NCBI GenBank assembly: GCA_009843915.1
Contig: VYCM01000136.1
Span: 2,795 to 66,794 of the forward strand
Origin: Acidimicrobiaceae bacterium
GTDB taxonomy: Bacteria; Actinomycetota; Acidimicrobiia; Acidimicrobiales; Aldehydirespiratoraceae
Reading direction: 5' to 3'
DNA: 64,000 bases
Position numbers and translations under genes: made by a program. Under the pieces are notes generated by a model, which saw only the letters and a program-made list of their open reading frames with translations, searched no databases and was not told where the DNA came from. Of this stretch, positions 26,925 to 36,123 are shown piece by piece; position 1 is the first letter of the stretch, and each line of letters starts with the position of its first letter.

Positions 26925-28235
26925 ATGACATCTTCAGCACTGATCGGCCATCTGGACCCCGCCTCGCTCGATCTTGCGATGTCGCCGAAGGCCCGCCCGC
27001 TGTTCGACCGGGTGGTGGAATTCGTGGCCGTCGAGGTGGAGCCGGTCACGGCCGAGTTCTTCAGGCTCGGCGAGGGCCGGGCCGAGCGCTGGGGTTACGG
27101 CTCCGGTCAGCTCGAGTTGCTCGACGGCCTCAAGGCGCGGGCCAAGGCCGCCGGGCTGTGGAACTTCTTCCTGCCCGACGCCACCAGCGGAGAGGGCCTG
27201 AGCAACCTCGACTACGCCTACATCGCGGCCGAGCTCGGCAAGAATCCCATCGCCTCGGAATGCCTCAATTGCAGCGCCCCGGATACGGGCAACATGGAGG
27301 TGCTCGAACGGGTGGGCACGCCCGCGCAGAAGGAGCAGTGGCTCGAGCCTCTGCTGGCCGGGGAGATCCGGTCGTGTTACGCCATGACCGAGCCGACCTT
27401 GGCCTCATCGGATGCCAAGAACATCGCCACTCGGGCAGTACTCGACGGCGACGAATGGGTCATAACCGGCGAGAAGTACTACATCTCGGGAGCCGGTGAC
27501 CCACGCTGCAAGATCATGATCTGCATGGTGCAGACCAGTCCCGATGGCCCTCCGCACCGCCGGCAGTCTCAGATTCTGGTGCCCATGGACACACCGGGCG
27601 TGAACGTGATCGGCCCGATGCATGTGTTCGGCGAGGATGATGCGCCTCATGGCCACATGCACATCCGACTCGATGACGTACGGGTGCCGGCATCGAACAT
27701 CCTGCTCGGCGAGGGTCGCGGCTTCGAGATTTCCCAGCTGCGCCTCGGCCCGGGCCGCATCCATCACTGCATGCGCTCCATCGGCGCGGCCGAGAAGGCC
27801 TTGGACCTCATGGTGCGCCGGGGTCTGAGCCGGGAGGCCTTCGGGCGCCCCCTGGCCCAACTCGGCGGGAACACCGAGATCATCGCCCGGGCCCGGGTGG
27901 AGATCGAGGCCATGCGGCTCATGGTGCTGCGGGCGGCCAAGGCCATGGACGCCCTCGGCAACGCCGAGGCCCGAGTCTGGGTGAGCGCGGTGAAGGCCAT
28001 GGTTCCGGAACGGGTCTGCAACATCATCGACCAGGCCATCCAGATGCATGGCGCCACCGGCGTGTCGCAGTGGACGCCGCTGGCTCGCATGTACACCAAC
28101 CAGAGGACCCTGCGCTTGGCGGACGGTCCCGACGAGGTTCACTGGTTCGTGGTCGGCCGGGCGGAGTTGGTGGCCCACGAAGGGCTCGGCGATCCGGCCG
28201 AGGAGGCGCGGCAGCGACAGCTTGCGGGGAATTGA
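26925..28235 (+). CDS. Acyl-CoA dehydrogenase, ACAD10/11 (FadE2)-like subfamily
   Basis: CYAMTEPTLASSDAKNI, YISGAGDPRCKI and QMHGATGVS motifs. 436 aa. Confidence 0.88.
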   Translation: MTSSALIGHLDPASLDLAMSPKARPLFDRVVEFVAVEVEPVTAEFFRLGEGRAERWGYGSGQLELLDGLKARAKAAGLWNFFLPDATSGEGLSNLDYAYIAAELGKNPIASECLNCSAPDTGNMEVLERVGTPAQKEQWLEPLLAGEIRSCYAMTEPTLASSDAKNIATRAVLDGDEWVITGEKYYISGAGDPRCKIMICMVQTSPDGPPHRRQSQILVPMDTPGVNVIGPMHVFGEDDAPHGHMHIRLDDVRVPASNILLGEGRGFEISQLRLGPGRIHHCMRSIGAAEKALDLMVRRGLSREAFGRPLAQLGGNTEIIARARVEIEAMRLMVLRAAKAMDALGNAEARVWVSAVKAMVPERVCNIIDQAIQMHGATGVSQWTPLARMYTNQRTLRLADGPDEVHWFVVGRAELVAHEGLGDPAEEARQRQLAGN

Positions 28236-28240
28236 AGTAG

Positions 28241-28264
28241 CGTTCGCCGGACCGTTCGCCGGAC
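28241..28264 (+). repeat. Exact tandem 12-mer (x2) in the spacer before the acyl-CoA ligase gene
   Basis: cgttcgccggac cgttcgccggac. It lies between the ACAD stop (28235) and the ligase GTG (28303). Confidence 0.8.
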
Positions 28265-28302
28265 GATTAAACCGCTTTCATGAGCGTGAAGGAGGTCGAC
28301 GC

Positions 28303-30189
28303 GTGACGATCACCTCGGAACGACCCAGCCCCGATGTTCCTCTGCCAGCCAGTGGCGAAGCCGGTGCAACGACAGTTGCGTCATTGGCTCAGGACTGGGC
28401 CCGCCGCAGCCCCCAGCAGGTCGCCATGCGGGAGAAGGACTTCGGCATCTGGCAGGAATACACCTGGGCCCAGACCTGGGACCTGATCGAGACCGCGGCC
28501 CACGGCCTGCTGGAGCTGGGCGTCGAAGTCGGTGACCGAGTGGCCATCCACTCCGAGGACCGGCCCGAGTGGATCATCCTCGACCTGGCCGCCGTGGCCG
28601 TGCGGGGCGTGACCGTCGGCCTGTACCCGACCAACCCGACCGCCGAGGTGGAGTACTTGCTCGGCGACTGCACGCCGGTGGTCTTCTTCGCCGAGGATCA
28701 GGAGCAGGCCGACAAGGTGCTCGAGGTTCCGGATGAGACGGCCGCCTCCGTCCGGCGCATCATCTACACCGAGCCGAGGGGCTTCGGCGACTACGACGAT
28801 CCGCGGCTGCTGTTCTGGGACACCTTCCTCGAGATGGGCCGCCGCCACCGCGAGGCCCACCCCGAAGCGGTGGCTGAGCGGATGGCCACTGCCACCGACA
28901 CCGATGTGATGACGCTGGTGTACACCTCCGGCACCACCGGTCCGCCCAAGGGCGCAATGCTGACCAACGCCAATGCGAGCTACTGCGTCGACAAGATCGT
29001 CAACGAGACCGACCGCTTCCCCGACGGCACTGGCCCCAACCCCAAGGACCTCATCGTCACGTACCTGCCACTGTGCCATGTGGCTGAAAGGATCTTCTCC
29101 ACGTGGACTCTCGTCGGGGCGGGCCCGTCCCTGAACTTCGCGGAGTCGATCGAGACGGTCACCGAGAACCTGCGCGAGATCCAGCCGACGCTGTTCTTCG
29201 CCGTGCCGAGGATCTGGGAGCGGTTGCATGCCCTGGTCACCATCAAGGGCAACGATGCGACCTTCTTCAAGCGGGTCTGCTTGCGCTTCGCGATGGCCCT
29301 CGCGCAGGTGATCGGACGGCAGAAGGTGGCCAACGGTGGCAGCCACACGCTGGTGACCCGCCTGCTGTACGCCGTGGGTCAACCGTTGGTGTTCCGGGCC
29401 ATGAAGGAGCGGATCGGTCTGCGCCGCTGCCGTCACGCCGGCTCGGGCGCGGCCGCCATCGCGCCCGAGGTGCTCGAGTTCTTCATCGGTGTCGGCGTGC
29501 CGGTGTACGAGCTGTACGGCATGACCGAGAACTCGGCGGTGGCCACCTGCAACTTCGCGGGCCGGATGAAGCTGGGGACGGTAGGTGAGCCGTACTCAGA
29601 CATCGGCCTGCGCATCGACGAGACGACCGGGGAGATCCAGACCAAGCATCCCGGCGTGTTCGCTGGCTACTGGAACAAGCCCGACAAGACGGCGGAGACG
29701 TTCACCGACGACGGCTGGCTGATGACAGGGGACGTGGGGGAGTGGGTGGACGGCACCCACGTAAAGATCGTCGACCGCATCAAGCACATCATCATCACCT
29801 CCGGTGGCAAGAACATCTCGCCGTCGGAGATCGAGAACAGCCTGAAGACGTCGCCCTATGTGAAGGAGGCGATGGTCATCGGCGACGGCCGCAGGTTCGT
29901 GACCGCCCTGATCGGCATCGAGTTGGAGACGGTGGGCGACTGGGCCCAGCGCAACAACATCCCCTACACCACCTACCGGGACCTGTCGGAGAAGGAAGAG
30001 GTGATCGAGCTGGTCTCCAAGGTGGTGGACGAGACCAACAAGAAGTTTGCACGAGTCGAGCAGATCAAGAAGTTCAAGATGCTGCCGAAGGAGCTCGACC
30101 ACGAGGACGGGGAGCTGACCGCCACCCAGAAGCTCAAGCGCAACGCCATGGAGGACATGTTCCGCGACCTGGTGGAATCGATGTACTGA
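28303..30189 (+). CDS. Long-chain-fatty-acid--CoA ligase (AMP-dependent synthetase)
   Basis: AMP-binding signature LVYTSGTTGPPKGAML, plus YGMTE, GWLMTGDVG and SGGKNISPSEIE. GTG 28303 has GAAGGAGG upstream. The track start 28048 overlaps the ACAD gene. Confidence 0.9.
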   Translation: MTITSERPSPDVPLPASGEAGATTVASLAQDWARRSPQQVAMREKDFGIWQEYTWAQTWDLIETAAHGLLELGVEVGDRVAIHSEDRPEWIILDLAAVAVRGVTVGLYPTNPTAEVEYLLGDCTPVVFFAEDQEQADKVLEVPDETAASVRRIIYTEPRGFGDYDDPRLLFWDTFLEMGRRHREAHPEAVAERMATATDTDVMTLVYTSGTTGPPKGAMLTNANASYCVDKIVNETDRFPDGTGPNPKDLIVTYLPLCHVAERIFSTWTLVGAGPSLNFAESIETVTENLREIQPTLFFAVPRIWERLHALVTIKGNDATFFKRVCLRFAMALAQVIGRQKVANGGSHTLVTRLLYAVGQPLVFRAMKERIGLRRCRHAGSGAAAIAPEVLEFFIGVGVPVYELYGMTENSAVATCNFAGRMKLGTVGEPYSDIGLRIDETTGEIQTKHPGVFAGYWNKPDKTAETFTDDGWLMTGDVGEWVDGTHVKIVDRIKHIIITSGGKNISPSEIENSLKTSPYVKEAMVIGDGRRFVTALIGIELETVGDWAQRNNIPYTTYRDLSEKEEVIELVSKVVDETNKKFARVEQIKKFKMLPKELDHEDGELTATQKLKRNAMEDMFRDLVESMY

Positions 30190-30226
30190 TGGTCGATGTC
30201 CTCATCCGCGCCGGAGCACTTCGCTG

Positions 30227-31351
30227 ATGGTCGGCACCGTCGGCGGGAGGCTCTCGACGATCGACCTGCGTCGGGGCGCGCCGGTGGGCTTCCTGATCGG
30301 TGCGCTGGCCGCGTCGTTGATCTTCGGGATGGTGCAGCTGGCCAACGATCCGGTCTTGTTCTTCCAGACGCTGATGAAGTCTCTGGGGCTGGGGTCGGTG
30401 TACGCCCTGATCGCGCTCGGCTTCGTCCTCATCTTCAAGGCCACGCAGACCGTCAACTTCGCCCAGGGGGCACTGGCGGCCACGGGCGCGCTCTTTCTGG
30501 CGTTCCTGGTGCAGAAGCGCAGCGTCTTCTCCGAGGGTCAGAGCGTGGTCGAGCGCGACGGCCACATCCCGTTCACCAACATCTCGAACCCGCTCGACAG
30601 CCTGGGCGGTCCTCAATGGGTGCATTGGTCCTTGAGTGTGATCGTCGCGCTCGCGTTTGCGGCCGTGGTTGGACTCGTGGTCGAGCGGCTGGCGATCCGG
30701 CCCATGATCGGCGAGCCGCTCTTCTCGGTAGCGGTGATCACGCTCGGCTTGGAGATCATGTTCCGGGTCTTCAACAACGACGCCGTCGAGATCGAACTGC
30801 GCCCCATCGGCGTGCCCTGGGAGATAAGCGGGTTCAAAGTGGGTGGCGCTCTGATCAACTGGAGCTTTGTGGCCGCGATGGTCGCCGCCGCCGTTGCCTT
30901 CATCTCGGTGTACTTCTTCTACCGGTCGCGGCTCGGCATAGCCATGAGGGCCGTCGCCTTCGATCAGGAGGCGGCCATGGCCCAGGGAATCAACGTCGGC
31001 CGCGTGTTCGCCATCGCCTGGGCCGCGGGTGCGGTCCTGGCCGCTGTCGGCGGCATCTTTGCCACCCAGCCCCCGGTGGAGCAGACGATCTCCGTCGACC
31101 AAGGCACGGCCAACATCGCCTTCCGGGCCCTGCCCGCCGTGATCCTGGGAGGACTCGACTCTGTGACCGGGGCTCTGCTGGGCGGTCTGATAGTGGGGGT
31201 GGCCGAGATCTACGCCGGCCAGTACGCCGCGGGCCACACCTCCTGGCTCGGCGCCGGGTACCCGCTGATCGTGCCGTACGTCGTGATGATCATCGGCCTG
31301 CTGGTGCGGCCCTACGGCCTGTTCGGCACCCCTGAGATCGAGAGGGTGTGA
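30227..31351 (+). CDS. Liv-type (HAAT family) ABC transporter permease, LivH-like
   Basis: 374 aa polytopic protein with LGLGSVYALIALGFVLIFKAT. Confidence 0.85.
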   Translation: MVGTVGGRLSTIDLRRGAPVGFLIGALAASLIFGMVQLANDPVLFFQTLMKSLGLGSVYALIALGFVLIFKATQTVNFAQGALAATGALFLAFLVQKRSVFSEGQSVVERDGHIPFTNISNPLDSLGGPQWVHWSLSVIVALAFAAVVGLVVERLAIRPMIGEPLFSVAVITLGLEIMFRVFNNDAVEIELRPIGVPWEISGFKVGGALINWSFVAAMVAAAVAFISVYFFYRSRLGIAMRAVAFDQEAAMAQGINVGRVFAIAWAAGAVLAAVGGIFATQPPVEQTISVDQGTANIAFRALPAVILGGLDSVTGALLGGLIVGVAEIYAGQYAAGHTSWLGAGYPLIVPYVVMIIGLLVRPYGLFGTPEIERV

Positions 31352-32610
31352 CGAGAGCAGTGCTCGGCCGGCCCCGCCTGTACACCGCATACCGCCAAGA
31401 AGCTCAACTGCTGCCGACGTGGACCCAGAAGGTGGTGTGCACGCTGTTCGTGGCGGTGCTGTTCCTGCTGCCCTTCGATCTGCCGGTCATCAGCCACATT
31501 CCCCTCGTGCGCTTCCTGGGCGACAGCGACTGGATGCGGCCCATGGCTCTCCTGATGGTGCTGGCCATCGCCGCCCTCGGCCTCAATCTGCTGGCCGGTG
31601 TGGCCGGTCAGGTGTCGCTGGGCCATGCCTTCTTCATGGGGGTGGGCGCATGCACCGCGGTGTACCTCGGAGGTACCAGCGGCGAGGCCACCTGGGGCCA
31701 TGGCCTGCCGATATGGATCTGGCTGCCCGGCGCGGGCGTTGCTGCCGCCTTGGTAGGTGTGGCCGTGTCCCCGGTGGCGGTGAGGCTCCGGGGTCTCTAT
31801 CTGGCCATCGTCACCCTGGGCCTGGTCTTCCTGGGCATCCACTTCGGCAACACCAGCTGGGGACGCAAGATCGCCGGACCCCCCGCGCTGGGCCGTGAAT
31901 TCCCCGGCCTGGATGTGCGGCTGTGGAAGGAGGAGACCCCGCTCATCAACGTGGAGGATGACGGCCCCTGGCTCTGGTTCGACGTCACCGACCTCCAGAA
32001 GCGCTACCTGTTCCTGCTGGTGCTCACCATCGCGTTCACGCTCGTGGCCAAGAACCTGACCCGCACCCGTACCGGTCGGGCCCTGCAAGCGATCCGGGAC
32101 CGCGACATCGCAGCCGAGGTGATGGGCGTGCCCGAGTTCCGCTACAAGGTGATCGCCTTCGCGGTGTCGTCGTTCTTCGCGGGGGTCGCCGGAGCCCTGT
32201 TCTCGGCCCTGTCCCAGCGGATTCTGGCCACCGACTTCGGGCTGTTCCTGTCCGTCGAGTTCATCGCCATCCTCTTGATCGGTGGAGCCGGGACGACATC
32301 CGGCACGCTGATCGGCACCTTCTTCGTGGTGATGGTGCCCCAGTTCGTGGAGGAGTTCACCAAGTGGCTCGACCGTGCCGAGGGCGGACTCACCGAGCTG
32401 CTGGCCCGGGTTCTGCTCACCGAGGGAGACGACTTCGGCATCATCAACACCGCCATCCAGACGCCCGGATGGACGCTGAGCGTGTTCGACTGGAACATCG
32501 TCCTGTTCGGCGCGCTGATCGTCGTTTTCCTGATCGTGGAGCCGCTCGGAATCTTCGGCATCTGGGTCCGTGTACGCAACTACTGGAAGCGATGGCCGTT
32601 CAGTTACTGA
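31348..32610 (+). CDS. Liv-type ABC transporter permease, LivM-like
   Basis: 420 aa polytopic protein with GLNLLAGVAGQVSLGHAFFMGVGA. 4-nt overlap with the upstream permease. Confidence 0.85.
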   Translation: MTRAVLGRPRLYTAYRQEAQLLPTWTQKVVCTLFVAVLFLLPFDLPVISHIPLVRFLGDSDWMRPMALLMVLAIAALGLNLLAGVAGQVSLGHAFFMGVGACTAVYLGGTSGEATWGHGLPIWIWLPGAGVAAALVGVAVSPVAVRLRGLYLAIVTLGLVFLGIHFGNTSWGRKIAGPPALGREFPGLDVRLWKEETPLINVEDDGPWLWFDVTDLQKRYLFLLVLTIAFTLVAKNLTRTRTGRALQAIRDRDIAAEVMGVPEFRYKVIAFAVSSFFAGVAGALFSALSQRILATDFGLFLSVEFIAILLIGGAGTTSGTLIGTFFVVMVPQFVEEFTKWLDRAEGGLTELLARVLLTEGDDFGIINTAIQTPGWTLSVFDWNIVLFGALIVVFLIVEPLGIFGIWVRVRNYWKRWPFSY

Positions 32611-32701
32611 GGTTCGCTATTGAAAAGGCAGCAATCCTCCGTCAAGATGTGGGCACCGTACGAGTGCTCCTAGACCAACAGACAACCTTGGAGGCAATAC
32701 C

Positions 32702-34381
32702 GTGAAACGAACGAGATGGTTGCTTGCAGTGATGTGCGCCGTGGCCCTGGTCGCCTCGGCCTGCGGCGATGATGAGCCCGATACGTCGGCCGCCGACGCA
32801 GCTGCTGAAGCGGAGCGGGCCGCGGCGGCTGAGGCTGAGGCTGCAGCTGCTGAAGCGGAGCGGGCCGCGGCGCAAGCGGAAGCCGACGCGGCCCAGACCG
32901 CCGCGGAGGATGCCCAAGCCGCGGCCGACGAAGCCGCGGCAAAGCTGGCCGAAGCTGAGGCGGCCGCCGCGGAGGCGAGCGCTGAACAGCAGGCTGAGGC
33001 GCAGGCCGCGCTGGAAGCGGCCCAAGCTGAGGCCGAAGCTGCTCAGGCCGCTGCGGAGGCGGCCCAAGCCGAAGCTGAGGCGGCCGCCAGTGAGGCTGCT
33101 GCGGCCCAGGAGGCGCTGGCCGTGGTCGAAGGGGCCATAGCTCACGACATCGGTGTGGACATCGAGTCGAAGACGATCCGGGTTGGCCTCAACACCGACC
33201 TGACCGGCATCTTCGCTCCGCTCACCACCAAGATCACCGACGCTCACCTGGTCTACTGGGAGTGGGTCAACGACAACGGCGGGATCCAGGGCTGGACGAT
33301 CGAGCCGGTCGTGCTCGACAACGCCTACGACGTCCCCACACACCTCGAGAACTACGAGGTCTTCTCGGGTGACGGTCCCGAGAGCGTGGTGATGTTCGCC
33401 ACGTCGACCGGCTCACCTCACTCCGCGGCGACCGCCGAACTGCTCATCGAGGACAACATGGCCGCCATCCCGCTGTCGTGGTACTCGGGCTGGGCCGACC
33501 CATCGATCGGCAAGAACCTGTTCGAGGTGCAGACCAACTACTGCATCGAGGCCATGAACGGCACGACCTACATGGCCGAAACCTACGGTTCGAACGTGGC
33601 CATCGCCACCTTCCCCGGCGACTACGGCCAGGACGCGGCCCGGGGCGTGAAGATCGCGGCCGAGGCCCTGGGCCTGAACGTCGTCTACGACGGCGAGGGC
33701 GCGGTCATCCCCGGAGCGGACCAGACCCCGGTGATCACCGGCATCGTCGAGTCCGGAGCTGACTGGGTGTGGGTCACGCTCAACCCCAGCACGACGGCAC
33801 AGCTCCTGGGCGGATCGGCCGCGGCCGGCTACACCGGTCAGTGGATAGGCAGCGCGCCCAGCTGGAACCCGGCGCTGCTGCTCGTCGACGGCTTCAAGGA
33901 GTTGGCCGACGCGTTCTACACCCACTCCACCTACACGGTGCTGCTGGGCGAGGGCGCCGGTGCCGGCGCGGTAGGAGAGGCCGCAGGCATGCAGGAACTG
34001 CTCGACGTGATGCGGGAGTACCGCCCCGAGGCCAGTTGGGACGACTTCTACATCATCAGCTGGATCCAGGGCTACGTCGTGCACCAGATCCTCGACCAAG
34101 CCATCAGCAACGGCAACATCACCCGGGCCGGGGTGCTGGCCGCGGCCAACCAGGTCACGGCCGACCTGAACGGTCTGGCGCCCGACCAGTCCTGGGTGGG
34201 CAACCCCAACGACAACGTGGTGCGCGAGACCTACCTGTACGACGTCGACCTGTCGCTGTACACACCGGGGGCCACCATCTCGGACGAGAGGGCCAACAGC
34301 GGCTTCTCGCTGATCAAGGGGCCCTACGCCTCCGAGACAGCCCTCAACTGGGAGTACGAGCCCTGCTTCGTGGCTTCCTAG
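32702..34381 (+). CDS. Lipoprotein substrate-binding protein (Liv/Peripla_BP_6-like), copy 1, with about 112-aa Ala/Glu-rich tether
   Basis: Signal and lipobox MKRTRWLLAVMCAVALVASAC, residues about 29-140 almost only A/E/Q/D, then the binding-protein core IRVGLNTDLTGIFAP. Confidence 0.85.
   Translation: MKRTRWLLAVMCAVALVASACGDDEPDTSAADAAAEAERAAAAEAEAAAAEAERAAAQAEADAAQTAAEDAQAAADEAAAKLAEAEAAAAEASAEQQAEAQAALEAAQAEAEAAQAAAEAAQAEAEAAASEAAAAQEALAVVEGAIAHDIGVDIESKTIRVGLNTDLTGIFAPLTTKITDAHLVYWEWVNDNGGIQGWTIEPVVLDNAYDVPTHLENYEVFSGDGPESVVMFATSTGSPHSAATAELLIEDNMAAIPLSWYSGWADPSIGKNLFEVQTNYCIEAMNGTTYMAETYGSNVAIATFPGDYGQDAARGVKIAAEALGLNVVYDGEGAVIPGADQTPVITGIVESGADWVWVTLNPSTTAQLLGGSAAAGYTGQWIGSAPSWNPALLLVDGFKELADAFYTHSTYTVLLGEGAGAGAVGEAAGMQELLDVMREYRPEASWDDFYIISWIQGYVVHQILDQAISNGNITRAGVLAAANQVTADLNGLAPDQSWVGNPNDNVVRETYLYDVDLSLYTPGATISDERANSGFSLIKGPYASETALNWEYEPCFVAS
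32798..32872 (+). repeat. Exact 30-nt direct repeat (45-nt period) inside the tether-coding region
   Basis: gcagctgctgaagcggagcgggccgcggcg at 32798-32827 and 32843-32872. Confidence 0.85.
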
Positions 34382-34396
34382 TCCGTTAAGGCCCGT

Positions 34397-34432
34397 CGGC
34401 GGGGCGGCACTGCAGCGCAGGCCGCCCCGCCG
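34397..34432 (+). terminator. Perfect 12-bp GC hairpin after binding-protein gene 1 (intra-operon attenuator or mRNA stabiliser candidate)
   Basis: cggcggggcggc-(12 nt loop, itself ctgc/gcag)-gccgccccgccg. All pairs were checked by hand. No U-tract. Confidence 0.45.
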
Positions 34433-34500
34433 GGCCTGATACCCGCTCCCGTTCGCTGCACTCACGGGCCGCTCGGGCCCTCCGCCCACCAGACTGCTAC

Positions 34501-35292
34501 ATGCTCGAAGTCGCCAACCTTGAGGTCGTCTACAACGAGGTCGTCCTCGTACTGCGCGGCCTGTCCATCGATGTTCCCGACGGCAGCATCGTGGCGGTGC
34601 TCGGCGCCAACGGAGCGGGCAAGACCACCGCGGTGCGGGCCATCACGGGACTCCTCGACGTACACGAGGGCGATATCACCAAGGGCTCCATCGTCTGGAA
34701 CGGCACCGACATCTCCAACTTCAAGCCGTCTCGCATCGTCGAGGCCGGGATCACCCAGGTGATGGAGGGCCGCCGGATCTTTGCCGAGTTGACCGTGGAC
34801 GAGAACCTCAACACGGGTGCCTTCACCGTGCGCGACCGGAAGGAGAACGAGGAGGCCTACGAGCGGGTGATGGAACTGTTCCCGCTCCTGCAGGGGCGTC
34901 GGCGGGACACGGCCGGGTACCTGTCCGGCGGGGAGCAGCAAATGCTGGCCATCGGGCGGGCGCTTATGGCCGACCCGAAGCTGCTGATTCTCGACGAGCC
35001 TTCCTTGGGCCTTGCTCCCATGCTCATCCAGCAGATACGGGACATCATCGTGGGTATCAATGCCCAGGGCACCAGCGTGCTGCTGATCGAGCAGAATGCG
35101 GTCATGGCCCTGTCCATCGCCCACTACGGCTACGTCATGGAGTCGGGCAAGGTGGTCATGGACGGCGATCCCAAGAAGCTCTTGGCCGACGAGGACGTGC
35201 AAGAGTTCTATCTCGGCCTGCACGCCGAGGGGGAACGCAAGTCGTTCCGCGACGTCAAGCATTACAAGCGCCGCAAGCGCTGGTTGTCATGA
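34501..35292 (+). CDS. ABC transporter ATP-binding protein, LivF-like
   Basis: Walker A GANGAGKTT, signature LSGGEQQML, Walker B LLILDEPS. Confidence 0.9.
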   Translation: MLEVANLEVVYNEVVLVLRGLSIDVPDGSIVAVLGANGAGKTTAVRAITGLLDVHEGDITKGSIVWNGTDISNFKPSRIVEAGITQVMEGRRIFAELTVDENLNTGAFTVRDRKENEEAYERVMELFPLLQGRRRDTAGYLSGGEQQMLAIGRALMADPKLLILDEPSLGLAPMLIQQIRDIIVGINAQGTSVLLIEQNAVMALSIAHYGYVMESGKVVMDGDPKKLLADEDVQEFYLGLHAEGERKSFRDVKHYKRRKRWLS

Positions 35293-36098
35293 ACCCGTCC
35301 GGAGAGTCGGCTCCCGCCCTGCTCGAGGTGGACGACATCTCCCTGCGCTTCGGCGGGGTCACCGCCATCGACTCGGTGTCATTCGAGGTCCGGGAGGCCG
35401 AGCTGTTCGCCATCATCGGTCCCAACGGCGCGGGCAAGACATCGATCTTCAACTCCATCTCGCAGGTGTACCGGCCCCAGTCGGGCGACATCCGCTGGAA
35501 GGGAACTTCCATCATGGGCACCCGGCCCGACCGGGTGGCCCGACTCGGGGTGGCCCGCACGTTCCAGAACATCGAGCTGTTCTCCCACATGACCGTGCTC
35601 GACAACCTCCTCACCGGCCGGCACATCCGCATGACCGGGTCGTTCCTGGCCGGCGCGCTTTGGGTGGGCAAGGCCAAGCGGGAGGAGATCGAGCACCGCC
35701 GCAGGGTGGAGGACATCATCGACTTCCTGGAGATCGAGGGGTGGCGGAAGCACCCGGTGGCGCTGCTGCCCTACGGGATCCAGAAGCGAGTAGAGCTCGG
35801 CCGGGCGCTGGCCATGGATCCTGAGATGCTCATGCTCGATGAGCCGGTGGCCGGAATGAACCTCGAGGAGACCGAGGACATGGCCCGCTTCGTCCTGGAC
35901 ATCCGGCGCGAGCTCGGCGTCACCCTGCTCATGGTGGAGCATGACATGGGACTGGTGATGGACATCGCGGACCGGGTGATGGTCCTGGACTTCGGTCGCC
36001 GGATCTCTGAGGGGTCTCCGGCAGAGGTGCAGCGCGATCCCAACGTGATCGCGGCCTACCTGGGCAGCACGGAACTGGACACGTCCGCCGCCGAGTGA
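35289..36098 (+). CDS. ABC transporter ATP-binding protein, LivG-like
   Basis: Walker A GPNGAGKTS, LPYGIQKRVELGRAL, LMLDEP. 4-nt overlap with the upstream gene. Confidence 0.9.
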   Translation: MNPSGESAPALLEVDDISLRFGGVTAIDSVSFEVREAELFAIIGPNGAGKTSIFNSISQVYRPQSGDIRWKGTSIMGTRPDRVARLGVARTFQNIELFSHMTVLDNLLTGRHIRMTGSFLAGALWVGKAKREEIEHRRRVEDIIDFLEIEGWRKHPVALLPYGIQKRVELGRALAMDPEMLMLDEPVAGMNLEETEDMARFVLDIRRELGVTLLMVEHDMGLVMDIADRVMVLDFGRRISEGSPAEVQRDPNVIAAYLGSTELDTSAAE

Positions 36099-36123
36099 GC
36101 CGGCCGCCTGAGAGGATGAGACT

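Noticed and set aside
32642-33343. Minus-strand and alternative-frame ORFs across the Ala/Glu tether region, and the thought that the periodic DNA might be a CRISPR-like or satellite array.
   Set aside because: The repeats are short, imperfect, have no spacer structure, and are in frame within a binding-protein gene preceded by a lipobox. The other frames give Pro/Arg/Leu strings.
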